Shown here: in pieces, positions 41,787 to 51,095 of the stretch | Layout: each line of letters begins with the position of its first letter | Numbering within the stretch: position 1 is the stretch's first letter | From: an uncultured Chloroflexia bacterium | GTDB lineage: Bacteria > Chloroflexota > Anaerolineae > CG2-30-64-16 | Length of the DNA stretch: 64,000 bases | Reading direction: 5' to 3' | NCBI GenBank assembly: GCA_963774265.1 | Contig: CAVZDU010000001.1 | Coordinates: 1,408,001-1,472,000, forward strand | Position numbers and translations under genes: made by a program | The notes under the pieces: generated by a model | What the model was told of the DNA's origin: nothing | The model's database searches: none | Seen by the model: the letters and a program-made list of their open reading frames with translations, nothing else

Positions 41787-43055
41787 CTAGCTCCGCCACT
41801 CTCCGGTCACCGCTGCATCGAGACACTGTTCTACATCTCCGAAGCGCATTTTGACTCCGCTGTGCATGGGCGCGTAACACGCCATCTTGCCTGCGTTGGT
41901 CGCCATCGTCCGGACATCCAGCATCCGCATGGGCGCGACAACCGCGCAAGTATCAGCGACGACCTCGCCGCCTGCGGCTTCGATAATTTGCACGTAACCC
42001 AATTCTGCCGCGCGTTCCCGGGTGATCTGTCCGGTGGTGACCCAAAGCCGGGTGGCCAGGCGTTTTCCTGACAGGATTTCGGCCACTTGTTGGATTTCGC
42101 TCAGACTTGCATGTGGGCAGCCGATAGTGACCAGGTCGATCTTGCGCAGATCCGGGTCCGCATCCATCACACGGTACGCGTCTGCCAGGCTGTCGACCAC
42201 GAGTCGTTTCGCGTCGGACCGGATCAGCTCAACACCGGCGTCGCGCGCCTCGGGGGTATAGCCCGCGATGTGATAAACCGCGACCGCCCCATAGGCTGCC
42301 AGCCCCGCGCCTAACGTTTTCAGCCGGTCGCCTGCCGGCCCACCCAAGGTCAGATCCTCTGGCAGCGGCGGAAGCGTCTCAGCCAGGTCAGCAAACCAGG
42401 GGACGCCGTTGCCCACAGCCTTGCCGACCGTGTAGCTCAGCGCGCCGAAATCCGCCACGGATTTCAGCGGCGTCCGCACTTCGACCAGCCAATTCGCGCG
42501 CCGATTGTCGTCAAGGTGATACCCGTAACGCGCTGTGCGGCCGATGATAGCGGCTGCAATGGCGCTTGGACCGCCCTCCCGATTACTCCGTGCTCCGATC
42601 ACCGAGTTGGCGAATGCCACCGCGCTCGACTCCGCCCACGCGAGGGCATCGCCCCGTTGCGGCCTGAAGCTGGGAAACAGGTATGGCGTACAACTCATCG
42701 TCGGTGTCACACCCATGGTCTCAAACGCGTCGATCACGCTGAGCTGCGGCGTCGCGAAGCTCGATTGAATGCCCCAGGTCTGCCACTTGCCGCGCTCCAT
42801 CCCCATTGGGTTGAGAGTGGTGGGCACCCGTACACGGGCACCATCGGCCGCCCAGCGGGACAGAAACTCAACGCCAGCATCGCCCAGATTCTTGTAGGAA
42901 ACGCCCGCAATTTGAACATGCTTGATTGGGACAAGATCGGCTGCGCCATAGATGCGCGCCAGGGCCACAACGATCTCCATCGCCCGTTTAACGCCCGGGC
43001 CCTCGACGCCGGCCAACAGGCCCTCTTCTTCAGGGGTTAAGAGAAGTTTGTTCAT
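41787..43055 (-). CDS. Aconitase X catalytic subunit (DUF521), probable phosphomevalonate dehydratase large subunit
   Basis: GVSYKNLGDAG, SCTPY, WAESSAVAFANSVIGARSNREG, IGCPHAS, DTCAVV, TNAGK; start chosen from TGcTAGAAT 7 nt upstream. Confidence 0.85.
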   Translation of the reverse strand: MNKLLLTPEEEGLLAGVEGPGVKRAMEIVVALARIYGAADLVPIKHVQIAGVSYKNLGDAGVEFLSRWAADGARVRVPTTLNPMGMERGKWQTWGIQSSFATPQLSVIDAFETMGVTPTMSCTPYLFPSFRPQRGDALAWAESSAVAFANSVIGARSNREGGPSAIAAAIIGRTARYGYHLDDNRRANWLVEVRTPLKSVADFGALSYTVGKAVGNGVPWFADLAETLPPLPEDLTLGGPAGDRLKTLGAGLAAYGAVAVYHIAGYTPEARDAGVELIRSDAKRLVVDSLADAYRVMDADPDLRKIDLVTIGCPHASLSEIQQVAEILSGKRLATRLWVTTGQITRERAAELGYVQIIEAAGGEVVADTCAVVAPMRMLDVRTMATNAGKMACYAPMHSGVKMRFGDVEQCLDAAVTGEWRS

Positions 43056-43157
43056 GATCGTCATTCTAGCACGCCCCGGCGCTATGTAAAGGAAGCCAGC
43101 TTTCAAGCACCGAACTCGGCGCCGGGTTGGTAAATAGGAATAGAATTTCCCCGATGT

Positions 43158-43187
43158 TTGACAGCCAGTCTAGCCAAAGGCTATAAT
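43158..43187 (+). promoter_or_regulatory. Near-consensus sigma70 promoter
   Basis: TTGACA-18-TATAAT. Confidence 0.75.
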
Positions 43188-43217
43188 TGCGTGATACTAA
43201 GGTGTATGAGGACTAAA

Positions 43218-43334
43218 ATGGCGCGCAAGAAGTCGTCACGGCGCGATTGGCGCATGACCCTGTTTCTTATCGTATCGGTTCTGATTGTGCTTTCAATGGT
43301 GTTGGGTTCGGTTATCATCGCCATCCAAAACTAG
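43218..43334 (+). CDS. 38-aa single-TM small protein (not in the ORF track)
   Basis: MARKKSSRRDWRMTLFLIVSVLIVLSMVLGSVIIAIQN; GAGGA SD; consensus promoter upstream. Confidence 0.7.
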   Translation: MARKKSSRRDWRMTLFLIVSVLIVLSMVLGSVIIAIQN

Positions 43335-43338
43335 GGCG

Positions 43339-44220
43339 ATGATCTCCGAGGAAATGGAAGCCAGACCGGCCACCAGTGCGCGCAGTGGAGTTTCGCTGGC
43401 GCTGGCGGCTGTCCTTGCGTTTTCGACGACTCCAGTGTTGGTCATATGGGCTGCACCTCTCAGTCCGTATGAGATCACATTCGGCCGCCTGGCCGTTGCG
43501 ACGGCAGTCGTCGTCATCCTTGGCAGGCTGAGTCGCCAACCGTTCTTACCGGCGCGCACGGACCTGGGGCGTTTCGTCCTCTTCGGCCTGGTCACCGCGA
43601 TCCACTTTCTCAGCTATATCGCCTCACTCAACTTCACAACCATCGCTCACACCTTAGCAATTGTGTACACTGCACCGGTCTTCGTCACGTCCTTCTCGTC
43701 ATGGTTTTTGAAGGAGCCAGTGCAGCCCAGAAAGTGGATCGGAATTGTCGTTGCCGTGTTGGGTATCGCGGTGCTGGCTGGTTTCGAGCCGAGGTTGAAT
43801 GCGCGGATGCTGATCGGCGACGGGTTGGCGCTGATCTCGGCTGTCACGTTTGGGCTTTACACTGTTGCTGGCCGGTCGCAGCGGGACCGGTACAGCCTTT
43901 TTACTTATGCCGGAACCGTCTATGGTGCGGCGGCGTTGTGGACCCTGCCCGTCGCTGCGCTCAACCTGACGCCTGCCGGCTATAATACCCGTTCCTTGCT
44001 TGCCTTGTTTGGCGCGGGACTGATCCCGCTGGCCACAGGACATACCCTGTACAACGCTGCATTGCGGCGTACACATGCCACCATCGTCAACCTGATCGCC
44101 ACGCAGGAAGTCACTGGGGGCGTGCTGCTGGGGTTGCTCTTCCTGCAGCAGGTCCCGCAGGTCAACGAGATTGTTGGCGTCTTGATCACCCTGTTGGGGA
44201 TTGCTTTGGTGTTGATTTAG
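43339..44220 (+). CDS. DMT/EamA family transporter
   Basis: Two EamA repeats, 10 TMs, FLKEP motif. Confidence 0.85.
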   Translation: MISEEMEARPATSARSGVSLALAAVLAFSTTPVLVIWAAPLSPYEITFGRLAVATAVVVILGRLSRQPFLPARTDLGRFVLFGLVTAIHFLSYIASLNFTTIAHTLAIVYTAPVFVTSFSSWFLKEPVQPRKWIGIVVAVLGIAVLAGFEPRLNARMLIGDGLALISAVTFGLYTVAGRSQRDRYSLFTYAGTVYGAAALWTLPVAALNLTPAGYNTRSLLALFGAGLIPLATGHTLYNAALRRTHATIVNLIATQEVTGGVLLGLLFLQQVPQVNEIVGVLITLLGIALVLI

Positions 44221-44233
44221 AGGATGATCGCCT

Positions 44234-44542
44234 GTGTTGAAACCAGTTGATTGCCCTTATTTTTACGGGGATTACCACCGCGGCCGGGACGTTGAGAAGT
44301 GCCGGTTGATCGAGCGCAACCGCGAGAACCGTCGCCCCTGGCGTCGTCCATTGTGCGACACATGTCCGGTGCCCGGCATCTTGCGCAACACAACCTGCAA
44401 GCATCTCGCCCTGGAAGCTTCGGTCGAGCGCAAGCTCCTCGTGCTTGATCGCGTTCAGGTCTATGCCATCTGCACCGAGCATGTGGTCGAGCTCAACGAC
44501 CCAAACCATTGTCCGCAATGTGAGGCCGCAGGGGACCGGTAA
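44234..44542 (+). CDS. Small Cys/His-rich hypothetical protein, probably metal-binding
   Basis: CPYF, CDTCP, CKH, CTEH, HCPQC; GAGG SD. Confidence 0.6.
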   Translation: MLKPVDCPYFYGDYHRGRDVEKCRLIERNRENRRPWRRPLCDTCPVPGILRNTTCKHLALEASVERKLLVLDRVQVYAICTEHVVELNDPNHCPQCEAAGDR

Positions 44543-44544
44543 CC

Positions 44545-44575
44545 AAAGGAAGAAGAAAGAAGGAAGAAGGAAAAT
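44545..44575 (+). repeat. Purine heptamer repeat, intergenic
   Basis: AAAGGAA GAAGAAA GAAGGAA GAAGGAA. Confidence 0.6.
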
Positions 44576-44603
44576 GGGCGTTTGGGGTGTTGGTTCATAC
44601 TCT

Positions 44604-45701
44604 TCACCCCGGCAGCGCCAGCAACGCGTCGCCCAGGCTCTTTCGGCCTAGACCGACCCGGAAGTGGCCAGGCATATCGAACATCTCTCCTGGCGCGACC
44701 ATCACCCCACAAGTCCCGAGGCATTGCTGCGCATATTCCAGCGCGGTCACCGGCAGCCAGAGCCGTGGAAACGCTACCGGGCCTCCCATCGGCGGGAGCC
44801 ATTCGAATGCCTCCGGACGCCCGATGAAGAACTGTCTGGCGAGATCAAGATTGCTCCGGATGATCTCGATATTGCGGTCCACGATCATACCTCGGGCGCG
44901 CAACGCGATGATACCCAGGATTTCGCCCGGTGCGCTGTTGCAGATCGTCGTGTAGTCTTTGACTTGCCCTGCCCGCATAAGGAGGTCGCGATCCTGCGTT
45001 GCCAGCCAGCCGATGCGCAAGCCCGGCAGCCCGTACGACTTGGACAGACCCGAGAGCGTGACAGCTCGCTCGTAGCAGTCACACGCCGAGGGTAATCTGT
45101 CGCCCCCATCGTATTCGAGCCCACGGTACATCTCGTCCGAGAACAGGACCGCGCCCATCGCACTTACCGTGCCAACGATGGCATCCCATTCGGCGCGCGA
45201 TGGCAAGTAGCCGGTAGGGTTGTGCGGGAAGTTGACCACGACCAGCCTGGTTCGAGGGGTGATCAGGCGAGACAGAGCTTCGACGTCGAGCTGCCAGGCC
45301 CCATCACGCGCCACCAAGGGCCACCGCACCACGGAGCAGCCGATCGCCGCTGCAACCTCAGCCAGCGACTGGTACGCAGGCCATGTGACGACGACCTCAT
45401 CCCCGGGGCCCAGCAGACCATTCATCAGGACAAAAATCCCCTCTTCGGGCGCAGCCACGAGCACATGCTGAGGGGTGATCTCCGTGTAGAGCCGGGCGAT
45501 TTCACTCCGCAGCAGCGGATGACCCTCTGATTCAGTGTAACCGAGCCATAAGTGTTCCCACAGCCCACGTGTTTGACCGTCGGACAGCGCCAGCAGGTCG
45601 GGAAGTGCCAGGCTTTCACAGTCCGACGCGCTGAGCAGATGCCGGACTTTGAATTCATACTCGGCGAAGTAGCGCTCCAGCTTGAACGGGGGTAGTCTCA
45701 T
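44604..45701 (-). CDS. PLP-dependent aminotransferase class I/II
   Basis: NFPHNPTG, FSDEMY, SGLSKSYGLPGLRIGW. Confidence 0.9.
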   Translation of the reverse strand: MRLPPFKLERYFAEYEFKVRHLLSASDCESLALPDLLALSDGQTRGLWEHLWLGYTESEGHPLLRSEIARLYTEITPQHVLVAAPEEGIFVLMNGLLGPGDEVVVTWPAYQSLAEVAAAIGCSVVRWPLVARDGAWQLDVEALSRLITPRTRLVVVNFPHNPTGYLPSRAEWDAIVGTVSAMGAVLFSDEMYRGLEYDGGDRLPSACDCYERAVTLSGLSKSYGLPGLRIGWLATQDRDLLMRAGQVKDYTTICNSAPGEILGIIALRARGMIVDRNIEIIRSNLDLARQFFIGRPEAFEWLPPMGGPVAFPRLWLPVTALEYAQQCLGTCGVMVAPGEMFDMPGHFRVGLGRKSLGDALLALPG

Positions 45702-45710
45702 TGCGCCTCA

Positions 45711-45749
45711 GAAAATAGGAAAATGGAAAAAGGAAGAAGGAAAAGGAAG
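45711..45749 (+). repeat. Purine heptamer repeat, intergenic
   Basis: ATAGGAA AATGGAA AAAGGAA GAAGGAA AAGGAA. Confidence 0.55.
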
Positions 45750-45811
45750 CCCGCAAGTGTGGTGCGGAGACTCACCTGCGGGCTTCTCGGTCATCGGATG
45801 GCTGTCCGGCG

Positions 45812-47803
45812 TCAGGGCGCCAGCAGACCGTCGATCACCGGACTGAACTGGTCGTAGGGCAGCGCACCCGAGAGGGGTTTGGGATCGCCCACCGGCTGGC
45901 CGCCTACCATTTTGTACAGGAAGAACGCGGGCGTGCCGCGCACGCCCAGCGCCCCGCCGTCCTTCAGATCCTGATCGATGATCGCCTGCGTTTTCGCAGC
46001 GCTGACGCAAGCGTCATACTTGCCGCTGTCAACTCCGATGGCCAGCGCCTGCTTGCGGAACTGATCCGCGGCATCTTGCGCGTCCTGCCATGTGGCTTGA
46101 TTAGCATAGAGCCAATCGTGCATATCCCAAAACAACTTCGCATCCTGTTCACCTGCGCAGATGGCGGCCTTCGCGGCCCCCGGCGCATTCGGATGAAAGT
46201 CAAGCGGGAAATTCCGGAATATCTGAACCGCCTTGCCGGTTTTCACGTACGCTTCATACAGAAGCGGCTCCGTCTGCATAGCATGACGGGCACAGTACGG
46301 TCACTGGAAGTCCGAGTAGTCCACCAACTTGACCGCTGCGTTCGGGTCACCTCGATAGAAGTTCCCCTCGGCGTCACGCCCCACAGGCAAACTCGCCAGC
46401 TCGGTCTTCGAGATGGACGGTGGCGGTGTGGGCGTGGGTGTCGGTGGCACCGAGATGTCCTTGATAGCTTGTTCGAACTGATCCAACGGCAGCGCGCCGG
46501 GGAAGCCCTTGGCATTCTCAACCTGGCCCTGGGCGTCGAGTTTAAGCACCAGGAACGACGGTGCGGATGGCACACCGACTTCCTCCTGGGCAAAGGACAG
46601 CGCCTGCTGCACCTGGTTCTGAACCGTTTCATTGGTCAGGCAATCGCTGAAGGGCTTTTCGTCCAGCCCCAAGCTCTTGGCGAAGCCCTGCATCGCCGCA
46701 TCGTCGCCTTCAGTCCACTCTGCCTGTTTCGTGTAGAGCAGTTCACGGAACTCCCAGAACTTGTCCTGCTGACCGGCGCACAACGCCGCAGCAGCGGCTC
46801 GGGGGGCCGTCACGGGGAATAGCTGAACAGAGTAACGCACCTGTCCCTTGTCAAGGTAGTCCGACTTCAGTTTCGGTTCAACCGACTTCAGGTGCTCGGC
46901 TGATTCCGGGCTCTTGAAGTCTTCAAAAGCCAACACGACTACAGGCGCCGTGTCGGCGCCGAGGTAGTAACCGCCGCCAAAGTCGCGACCGGCTCGCTGA
47001 GGATCGGGCTGCCAGAACTCAACGCCTTGGGGCAGCGGGGTTGGGGTGGGCGGGGGCTTCTGCCCAGCCTTGGCCTTTTCGATTTTGTCCTTGAACTCAT
47101 CGATTCCGACCGCGCCGCTGATGAACCAATCGTTTACGAAGAACGCGGGTGTGCCTTGCACGCCCATCGCCATCCCATCCTGCACGTCCTTCTGGATTCG
47201 TGCGGTCGAGGCAGGGTCCTGGATGCACTTGTCGTAATCGGCCTCTTTGACGCCGAGCGCCAAAGCCTGCTTTTTGAACTGGTCTGCTCCATCGGTCGCC
47301 TCAGACCATCCATCCTGGTTCTTGAAAAGCCAATCGTGTAATCCCCAGAACAACTTCGGGTCCTGCTGACCGGCGCAGTAAGCCGCCAGCGAGGCAGGCA
47401 TAGCATTCTGGTGAAAATCCAGCGGGAAGTGGCGGTAAACGTGTAGGACCTGACCGGTTGCTACGTACGCTTCATCCAGAAGCGGTCCCGTCTGTACAAC
47501 ATGACGGGCACAGTACGGTCACTGAAAGTCCGACCATTCCACCAGCTTCACCGCGGCGTTCGGATTGCCCCGGTAGAAGTTGCCCTCCGCATCGACGCCG
47601 ACCGGCACATCTGCCGCCATAGCCGGGGCGGTCGTGGCGCCGGGCTGCTGCGTGGCTTGCTCGGCCGGCGCAGGTGTGCCAGCCTGAGGCGCCGGAGTGG
47701 GTACTGGCGCTGAGACACCGACACAGCCGGCGACGAACAGCGCCAAAGCCAGCAGCAGCAGGCCGTACACAGCACGTCTGGTGCGAGACTGGGGTTCTCT
47801 CAT
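45812..47803 (-). CDS. Three-domain DsbA/thioredoxin-fold lipoprotein with two in-frame UGA (selenocysteine) codons, ~663 aa
   Basis: ORFs 47519-47827, 46301-47401 and 45812-46279 share one frame and are joined by TGA in SDFQ-U-PYCARH; lipobox VAGC; GGAGG SD; cis-Pro motifs GTPAFF; selA in the window. Confidence 0.88.
46270..46289 (-). promoter_or_regulatory. Candidate SECIS hairpin after the second UGA
   Basis: CCGTC-A-TGC-TAT-GCA-GACGG starting 11 nt 3' of the UGA. Confidence 0.6.
47487..47508 (-). promoter_or_regulatory. Candidate SECIS hairpin after the first UGA
   Basis: CCCGTC-A-TGT-TGT-ACA-GACGGG starting 10 nt 3' of the UGA. Confidence 0.65.
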
Positions 47804-47866
47804 GGAGTCCTCCCTCTGTAAGATCAAACCGCGGCGTGGGGCAGGCTGGCTGCCAGCCTACGCCGG

Positions 47867-49039
47867 TCAGTATACGAATTCTCGGATGTCATAACGCGAC
47901 AGTTGTGGCCCGGCGGCGCCGGCTGACAAGCCCGCTCGCAAGGCCGCTTCCTGCCTGGCAATCTGATCGGATGAAAGCGGCGTAATGCCCGTCCTCGTGG
48001 CCAACTCTCCATATTCCGAGCCAGGCTGCTCAAAGAACGGCGAGAAATACACGAGATCGCCCTTACTCAACGGCATTGCATTGAGCGTTGCGATCGTGTG
48101 AGCGACATGGCCTTTGCCGTACTGCGCTCCGCCGACGCCGGTCATGATGATGACGCTGACCGCTACGCCGGCGGCCTTTAGTGTGCGCACTGCGTCAACC
48201 GCATCGGCTGCTGTCCCCGGCTTGGCCAGGAACCGGAGCAGGGTGTCGTCCCCGCTCTCCATGCCGATGTACACCCGGCGCAGGCCTCGCCCGGCCAACT
48301 CTGCCCACTCGGTGACCGACTTACGACCTACATCGAACGCATCGATGAAAGAGAAGATGCCCCCAGGGCGGCGCGGCCCGGCAGCATCGACCACGTCCAG
48401 CCACGCACGTACACGCGGCATGGGCGCGACCAGGGCGTTTGCGTCGGCCAGGAAAAGCGACTTGCGCAGATGGAGGGCTGGCCCAAAAAACGCCTGCACC
48501 TCATGGACGTGCGCCTGCAGCTCTTCCGGACTTTTTATGCGGAACGGCCGATCCCGGTAGAAGTCGCAGAACGTACATCGATTGTACGAACAGCCTTCGG
48601 TTGCCTGGATCACCAGCGCCAGGTATTGGTCGGGCGGCAAGATGCTGACGGGAAGATAGATGCGATTGAACCACGCAACATCGGCTGCCAGGCGTTCCGC
48701 GGTCCACCCACGCAACACATCGAGCCGGTGATCACCAAGGGTGTCCGCGACCTTTTGGGCTAACGCATGGGCCCGCACGGCAAAGGCATGGCTCTCGTCA
48801 CCTGAGAGCCACTGTCGCCGGCGTCCGTCTGAACCGGGCCACTTGCGCAGCACGCGACCATCGAGCGCCCGCCGATAATTATAGCCATCCTCAAACGCGC
48901 CGATCAGCCTTCCCGCCAGATCGAACGAGAAGCTCGGTTGCTCATCGTCGACAAGTATGTTGATCGCCACCGGTCGCACGCGCACCGCAATCGGTCCGAC
49001 GCCTAGTAAGGTGCAATTGAGAATCTCAGTCGCCATCAT
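47867..49039 (-). CDS. Radical SAM protein
   Basis: GCSYNRCTFCDFY cluster motif, FLADANAL, IGMESG. Confidence 0.85.
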   Translation of the reverse strand: MMATEILNCTLLGVGPIAVRVRPVAINILVDDEQPSFSFDLAGRLIGAFEDGYNYRRALDGRVLRKWPGSDGRRRQWLSGDESHAFAVRAHALAQKVADTLGDHRLDVLRGWTAERLAADVAWFNRIYLPVSILPPDQYLALVIQATEGCSYNRCTFCDFYRDRPFRIKSPEELQAHVHEVQAFFGPALHLRKSLFLADANALVAPMPRVRAWLDVVDAAGPRRPGGIFSFIDAFDVGRKSVTEWAELAGRGLRRVYIGMESGDDTLLRFLAKPGTAADAVDAVRTLKAAGVAVSVIIMTGVGGAQYGKGHVAHTIATLNAMPLSKGDLVYFSPFFEQPGSEYGELATRTGITPLSSDQIARQEAALRAGLSAGAAGPQLSRYDIREFVY

Positions 49040-49181
49040 CCAACCGAATCGTAAACAGTCAGATTATTATAAACGAAGGCCAGCCAGCGCGCTAACAATG
49101 CACTGCGCGATGGACGCTATGCTATTCGTGATCGATTTAGTCCCCGTGGTATAATGTGGGCTTGTTGGAGTATCGTTAGGC

Positions 49182-51095
49182 ATGTCTCTCTTAGTTGCAA
49201 CCGGCCTGGCCAAGGCCTTCGGCGCGCTGGATGTCTTTGCGGGTGTCGACCTAAGGGTCGAGGCGGGCGACCGGATCGGTTTCGTTGGCGCGAACGGGGC
49301 TGGCAAAACAACCGTCCTGCGCATTCTTGCTGGTGCAGAAGAGCAGACCAGCGGTGATGTTGCGCGCAAGCGGGGTCTGACGGTGGGCTACCTGCCCCAG
49401 GATCCGCCACCTGGGCGCGATCTCACCCTCCATGCCGCCATGCTCGAGGTCTTTGCACCCGTGCTGGAGCAAGCGGCGACGCTGCGGGAGATGGAACATC
49501 GTCTTGCCGGAGCTGCCGCCGAAGCCTCGGATGACTACGACGCGTTGCTAGAAGAATATGGTCATGCGCAAGCCCAGTTTGAAGTGGCTGGCGGCTATGA
49601 TTACGAGACCCGCATCCGCCAGGTGTTGGGCGGTCTCGGCTTCAACGAAGATGAGCACGAAAAACGCCTTGCTCATCTCAGCGGCGGCGAGCGCACGCGC
49701 GCGCTCCTGGCCCAGCTTCTGCTGCAGGAGCCGGACCTGCTACTGCTCGACGAGCCAACCAATCATCTGGACCTCGAGGCTGTGGAGTGGCTGGAGGAGC
49801 TGCTGCTGCGCTGGGAGGGCGGGCTCGTTGTCGTCGCGCACGATCGCTACTTCCTTGACAAGGTCGCCAATCGCATTTGGGACATGAACTTTGGCCGGCT
49901 TGAGTCATACCGGGGCAATTACTCGGCTTTCCGCCTGCAGAAAGAGATGCGCCTGGACCGCCAGCGGCAGGAATGGGAGTCTCAACAGGAGTTTGTCGAG
50001 AAGACAGAGGATTTCATCCGCCGCAACCTGGCCGGTCAGCGAACCAAGGAGGCCCAGGGGCGACGCACGCGGCTGGAACGGTTCTTACGCGATGAAGCGT
50101 TGGATCGACCGCAAGATCAACAGCAAATCCGCCTGGGGTTGACGACGCAAATCCGTTCGGGCGACCTGGTGTTGGCCACGAAGGATCTCGCGGTCGGTTA
50201 CGACCGGCCGCTCTTCTACGCGGAGAATGCCGAGATTCGCCGTGGTGACCGCGTGGCCCTGATCGGCCCGAATGGAGCCGGCAAGACGACGCTGCTGAAG
50301 ACGATCCTGGGCGACCTGCCACCTTTGCAGGGTCGGGTGCGCTTCGGTGCGAGTGTAGAGCCGGGCTACCTCGCCCAGGCACAGGCCGGGCTGGATCCGG
50401 ACGAAACAGTGCTCGATGCAATTCTGGACGTGCGCAATCTGCCCCTGGCGCAGGCGCGCAACTTCCTGGGCCAGTTTCTGTTCCGCGGGGATGATGTCTT
50501 CCGTACGATTGGCACTTTGAGCGGCGGGCAGCGCAGCCGGGTGGCGCTCGCGCGGCTTACCCTGAAAGGCGCGAACTTTCTCCTGTTGGATGAGCCGACA
50601 AACCATCTTGACCTCGATACGCAAGAGATTTTGGAGCAGGTGCTAAAGCAGTTTCCTGGCACAGTGCTGCTGGTCACTCATGACCGATGGCTGGTGCAGG
50701 CACTCGTTACGCAGGTTTGGCGGGTCGATGGTGATGAGATGCGCGCATATAAGGGTAATTACGAGGAATACCTGAAGTTGCGCGGTCTTGAGATGGAGGG
50801 TCCGGGGAAGCCCAACGGGGATGATTTGGAGCGCCAGGCGCAACTTGAGGCGGATCGAGCGCGCGCCAGGGAGGAACGCCGCCAACGCAAGGCCGCCGAG
50901 AAGCGTGTCGAGGCTGCCGCGGCTATGGAAGGGCAGATTCACAACCTGGAAGCACGGTTGGCCGGGTTGAGCACCCAACTCGAGGCTGCCAGCCTCGCAG
51001 GTGATGTGGCAAGGGTGCAGCGGTTGGGGATCGAGTATCAGCAAACCGATGCGGAATTGCACCGGATCATGGCCGAGTGGGCGGAGCTGGCATGA
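49182..51095 (+). CDS. ABC-F family ATP-binding protein
   Basis: Two NBDs (GANGAGKT, LSGGE, LDEPTNHLD twice), linker and C-terminal coiled coil; no TM. Confidence 0.92.
   Translation: MSLLVATGLAKAFGALDVFAGVDLRVEAGDRIGFVGANGAGKTTVLRILAGAEEQTSGDVARKRGLTVGYLPQDPPPGRDLTLHAAMLEVFAPVLEQAATLREMEHRLAGAAAEASDDYDALLEEYGHAQAQFEVAGGYDYETRIRQVLGGLGFNEDEHEKRLAHLSGGERTRALLAQLLLQEPDLLLLDEPTNHLDLEAVEWLEELLLRWEGGLVVVAHDRYFLDKVANRIWDMNFGRLESYRGNYSAFRLQKEMRLDRQRQEWESQQEFVEKTEDFIRRNLAGQRTKEAQGRRTRLERFLRDEALDRPQDQQQIRLGLTTQIRSGDLVLATKDLAVGYDRPLFYAENAEIRRGDRVALIGPNGAGKTTLLKTILGDLPPLQGRVRFGASVEPGYLAQAQAGLDPDETVLDAILDVRNLPLAQARNFLGQFLFRGDDVFRTIGTLSGGQRSRVALARLTLKGANFLLLDEPTNHLDLDTQEILEQVLKQFPGTVLLVTHDRWLVQALVTQVWRVDGDEMRAYKGNYEEYLKLRGLEMEGPGKPNGDDLERQAQLEADRARAREERRQRKAAEKRVEAAAAMEGQIHNLEARLAGLSTQLEAASLAGDVARVQRLGIEYQQTDAELHRIMAEWAELA

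Noticed and set aside
47834-47869. Radical SAM TGA followed by a hairpin as a Sec/SECIS site
   Set aside because: Readthrough adds only U-P-A before TAG, and the hairpin looks REP-like and unlike the two DsbA hairpins
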